IMG/VR virus record: IMGVR_UViG_3300033074_000977
Coordinates: 1 to 64,000 of that record
DNA length: 64,000 nucleotides
Reading direction: 5' to 3' (one strand)
Source: a virus
Lineage: Duplodnaviria > Caudoviricetes
This document shows, in pieces, positions 61,186 to 64,000 of the stretch. Position numbers and translations under genes: made by a program. Position 1 is the stretch's first letter, and every line of letters begins with the position of its first letter. A model generated the notes under the pieces. It was not told the origin of the DNA. It worked only from the letters and a program-made list of their open reading frames with translations, and did no database searches.

Positions 61186-62469
61186 TTAAACCATCCCGGG
61201 CGCTCCCATTGGTCGGGTTGGGTCAAACCGTGAGTTAGCAAATCTGCCAGATGCTAACGCAGCTGCCGCGGCTTCCAGGCCGGTTGTGTCAGCAGGATTC
61301 GGCGGTGGTGTGGCCGGTTGTTGTTGGGGTACGGTTGTTGCAGCAGGAGCCGCTTGGGGAGTAAGCGGTTGTTGGGAAACATTACTACCTGGGGATGTAT
61401 AAGCTTGTCGCAGGCCGTTCGGACGTGCGGCGATGGCGTCGAAGAGAGGCGTACTGCCGGGGTTCGACGGAATGCCATTGCGGAGACTGCCAGCGGTGGT
61501 CATTTCAGCTAGGCGCTGCTGGAGTTTCTGCTCAGCCGCAGCGTCCACCGCAGATTGAAAATCAGTAGTACGTTTGGCCTCGCGCGCTTCCGAGAGCTTA
61601 AACCGGTCTTCCAGGAATTCATTAAACTGTTTGCCCGAGTTAACGAACTCTTGATTCAACTGGCGCGGGTCGATGTCTTCGCCTTTTAGGGCTTTCCACT
61701 CGGCTGCGAAACCTTGCATTTCCAATGCAGTTTGCGAGGATGCGCCGTAGACTTGGGCCAGCGCAGCGGGTAAGACTTCGCCTAATGCGGCCTGCACGCG
61801 CGCGTTGACCAGGGCTTCAAAGTCGGGAGCAGCTGCGGCAGCAGGTTGCGCTGGAGCTACTGCTGGTTGATATTGTGGTTGCGCGGCAGCCGGTGCCGTC
61901 ATGGGTAAATACCACTGACCATTCTGCCATACCGGCATCGGAGTACCAGCTGGCGGTTGTTGTCCATTTCCATTAGGTGTTGCAGGATCAGGCATTTGAT
62001 TATCCTCTGGGATGGTAGCCGAACTAGCTAGCTGGCTCAACCCCCTAAACTGTTGTACTTCGTCGCTGTCTAAAACTAACTCAGTCAGATCCATCTCGTC
62101 GAGTCGAGTCCGTAAGGTATCGACCCATTGTGCACGGTTGCGAATGTCAATCAGTTGTTGCTGGAGCTGATCGTATTCGCTACGGGCTACGGCGTTCGCT
62201 TGCAGGTGTTGCAGTTCCTGTTCGCGTTGAGCTAGGGCAGTAGCTTGCTGTTGCAGCTGGGTAGCCTCAGCTCGTTGCTCCGAGATAATCCGGCTGTAGT
62301 CTCGATGGAGAAGTACTCCGTTGTCAAGAAACTTTTGCGCTTCGGGTGGAGTATTTTGAATTAGCTCTCCGAAAGTCGCAGTGAATTGCTGCGCTAGGGC
62401 TGGATCAGGGATCTTAGCTGCCGCAGCAGTGATGAAATCGGTAAAAGTTGTTGCAGGTTGTTTCGGCAT
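61186..62469 (-). CDS. capsid scaffolding protein (putative)
   Basis: Coiled coil plus Pro/Gln/Ala low-complexity sequence, directly before MCP. Confidence 0.65.
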   Translation of the reverse strand: MPKQPATTFTDFITAAAAKIPDPALAQQFTATFGELIQNTPPEAQKFLDNGVLLHRDYSRIISEQRAEATQLQQQATALAQREQELQHLQANAVARSEYDQLQQQLIDIRNRAQWVDTLRTRLDEMDLTELVLDSDEVQQFRGLSQLASSATIPEDNQMPDPATPNGNGQQPPAGTPMPVWQNGQWYLPMTAPAAAQPQYQPAVAPAQPAAAAAPDFEALVNARVQAALGEVLPAALAQVYGASSQTALEMQGFAAEWKALKGEDIDPRQLNQEFVNSGKQFNEFLEDRFKLSEAREAKRTTDFQSAVDAAAEQKLQQRLAEMTTAGSLRNGIPSNPGSTPLFDAIAARPNGLRQAYTSPGSNVSQQPLTPQAAPAATTVPQQQPATPPPNPADTTGLEAAAAALASGRFANSRFDPTRPMGAPGMV

Positions 62470-62483
62470 TACGGGTTAATTCC

Positions 62484-62879
62484 TTAGACAATACTCCTTG
62501 GAATACCTCCTTCGGAGAACTTCGCAGCGATCTGCTGCATACAAGCCATCACTTGGCTACCCGCCGCCTTGAGCTGCTCATCCAGTTCCGGGTATTTCTG
62601 TGCGAGGCCAGCTAAACCTTGGAGTACTGGCATGAACTCCGCGCCGATGGACTGTTGCTGTTGCTGCACGCCTGCTGGATTAACTACAGACGGCGGTAGC
62701 ATCGGCGAGTTGGCCGGAGCCTGTGGTAAGTAGTTAGTCGGATTCCGGGGAGGCACCTGTTGCGGGGCGTATTGAGGTGGCCCAGGCTGCGCAAGGGCGG
62801 GGTCAGGTGCTGCTCCAGGGGTCATCACCGGTTGGCCGTTGGTGGTGAGGGAGTTGTAACGGTCTAGGTATTGTTGCAT
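62484..62879 (-). CDS. Pro/Gln-rich hypothetical protein
   Basis: ORF between portal and scaffold. Confidence 0.6.
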   Translation of the reverse strand: MQQYLDRYNSLTTNGQPVMTPGAAPDPALAQPGPPQYAPQQVPPRNPTNYLPQAPANSPMLPPSVVNPAGVQQQQQSIGAEFMPVLQGLAGLAQKYPELDEQLKAAGSQVMACMQQIAAKFSEGGIPRSIV

Positions 62880-63097
62880 TAGAACCTTCCTTCCAAAGCT
62901 ACTGCCGCATTTGCGGCCATTCTAGCTTCAGCTAGCTTGCGTATAGCTACGGTAGCACCGGGACCAGCAGGCATCACAGCGTCAATTTGCTTGGCACATT
63001 CCAGCATTGCATCATTGATAAGTTCGTATTTGATACGCTGAGCTTCTGTCGGCGCGTGGTAGCAAAAAATGTCTTCGAGTTGTTCGTGCGTCATCAT
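62879..63097 (-). CDS. Acb2/Tad1-like helical hairpin protein (putative nucleotide-signal sponge)
   Basis: F.YHAP...Q...Y..I....L.....I....P......A..KL.EA.M.ANAAVA pattern. Confidence 0.55.
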   Translation of the reverse strand: MMTHEQLEDIFCYHAPTEAQRIKYELINDAMLECAKQIDAVMPAGPGATVAIRKLAEARMAANAAVALEGRF

Positions 63098-63101
63098 AGT
63101 T

Positions 63102-64000
63102 TTAACTTCCTGATTCTGAAATTACCTGTCGGGTGGTACCGTCAGGATTGACTTTGTTGATCAGCTGCGGTGGTTCCGCACCAGAACTCGGTCGGCCCGG
63201 GCCTCTGCCACTTCCTGCTGCCATACCCAGCGCTGCTCCGCCACCTTCACCTCCACCCTGTTCCCCAGCCAGCTGCTGCGCTGCCATCATCAGCTGTTGT
63301 TCAGGCGTAATCGCACCTTCCCCCTGCAATTGCTGTGCAGCAATCCCTTGTGCTGCCTCACCTTGGACCATCGCCACCATTTGCGCGACGATCTGCTTCT
63401 GCATCGCTTGGATTTGCAGGTCAGTTGTGAACTGTGCAGTCATCCGCTGCTCCTCAACCCAACGTTCGATAATGGTATTACCTGGGAGTGTGCCGTAACC
63501 TTCAATGCCCATCACCTCAGCCAAAGTCTGGGAATCCATTTTGAAGTTCGGTTCGCGGAACAGCTGTAGCATTACCATCTTCCGCTTCCAGTCGGTTAGG
63601 TTGAAGATAGATTGCGGGGTAATGAAGAATCCTATCCGGCGCGCGATGTAACGTAAACGCCGGAAGAAGCTGCTGTTGTCGAGATCCGACGCACCCGGTA
63701 TCTCGGCTGGTACGATATTCCCTGGTTGCCAGTCAACTTCACTGTCGAGCATCCCGGTTGGGCCGTTAACACGTAAGCGGCGCGCGGTAGTATCGAACTG
63801 CATCCAAAGCCAGCTGCATTGGTAGCCAAGCTGGGTCATGGATTTCTCCAAGGAGGCGGCGTAATCACTCATCAACGGACCCATCGCCTGCATGAGTTTC
63901 TCGATACCGTCTGCGTCGGGGATCTGGTTGAGCTTGGCAAGGCTGGAGAAATCCTCCGCACCGATGTTGTGATTCATGAAGGTACGGATGTATTCAGCTA
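63102..64000 (-). CDS. portal protein, C-terminal part (truncated by the window edge)
   Basis: Frame stays open to 64000 (AEYIRTF before MNHN); Gln-rich crown and Gly-rich tail; upstream of scaffold and MCP. Confidence 0.7.
   Translation of the reverse strand, partial: AEYIRTFMNHNIGAEDFSSLAKLNQIPDADGIEKLMQAMGPLMSDYAASLEKSMTQLGYQCSWLWMQFDTTARRLRVNGPTGMLDSEVDWQPGNIVPAEIPGASDLDNSSFFRRLRYIARRIGFFITPQSIFNLTDWKRKMVMLQLFREPNFKMDSQTLAEVMGIEGYGTLPGNTIIERWVEEQRMTAQFTTDLQIQAMQKQIVAQMVAMVQGEAAQGIAAQQLQGEGAITPEQQLMMAAQQLAGEQGGGEGGGAALGMAAGSGRGPGRPSSGAEPPQLINKVNPDGTTRQVISESGS

Noticed and set aside
31311-61512. Many + strand ORFs of 60-234 aa opposite the structural genes (e.g. 52592..53296, 49239..49706, 44294..44635)
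   Set aside because: Antisense shadows of long Gly/Ala/Thr-rich genes, with no SD or recognisable motif
1-64000. Stop-codon reassignment (amber recoding)
   Set aside because: Long genes are intact under the standard code and many clearly end at TAG; the CUA in the 4646 tRNA loop is not in anticodon register
1-64000. CRISPR array, diversity-generating retroelement or IS element
   Set aside because: No spaced direct repeats, reverse transcriptase, TR/VR pair or transposase seen; the Cas4-like gene sits in a recombination module

Overview
This window holds most of a tailed dsDNA phage genome of podovirus-like build (portal, scaffold, capsid, adaptors, nozzle and ejection proteins; no tape measure, tail tube or sheath). 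The portal is cut by the right edge; no terminase, integrase, repressor or primase is recognisable. It has two convergent arms. The + strand (about 1-29.7 kb) carries early/accessory and replication genes: putative amidoligase plus class II glutamine amidotransferase, ParB-like protein, tRNA-Trp, P-loop helicase, Cas4/RecB-like nuclease, Sak4-like ATPase, SSB-like protein, intein-split Pif1/RecD-like helicase, UDG-fused family A DNA polymerase, two HNH endonucleases and DUF3310. The - strand (29.7-64 kb) carries morphogenesis and lysis genes. Signal peptides, an outer-membrane beta-barrel and a GH19 endolysin point to a diderm host (inference). The strongest unusual signals, all read by eye: (1) two long, ORF-poor, helix-dense regions that look like large structured ncRNAs (about 548-1187 behind a sigma70 promoter, and about 12796-13445 behind the tRNA locus); (2) two aberrant tRNA-like elements with class II/Leu-type bodies and non-canonical anticodon arms; (3) tail-fibre/tailspike-like proteins that carry Sec-type signal peptides, all predicted to leave an N-terminal Gln; (4) a family A polymerase that keeps both catalytic Asp residues but replaces the steric-gate and minor-groove residues; (5) a gene-scale C-rich to G-rich sawtooth in base composition; (6) a 17-bp palindromic operator overlapping the -35 box of four promoters; (7) an Acb2/Tad1-like small protein and a large virion protein with HExxH and GNAT-like motifs. 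No database search or folding software was run, so family names come from motif recognition.
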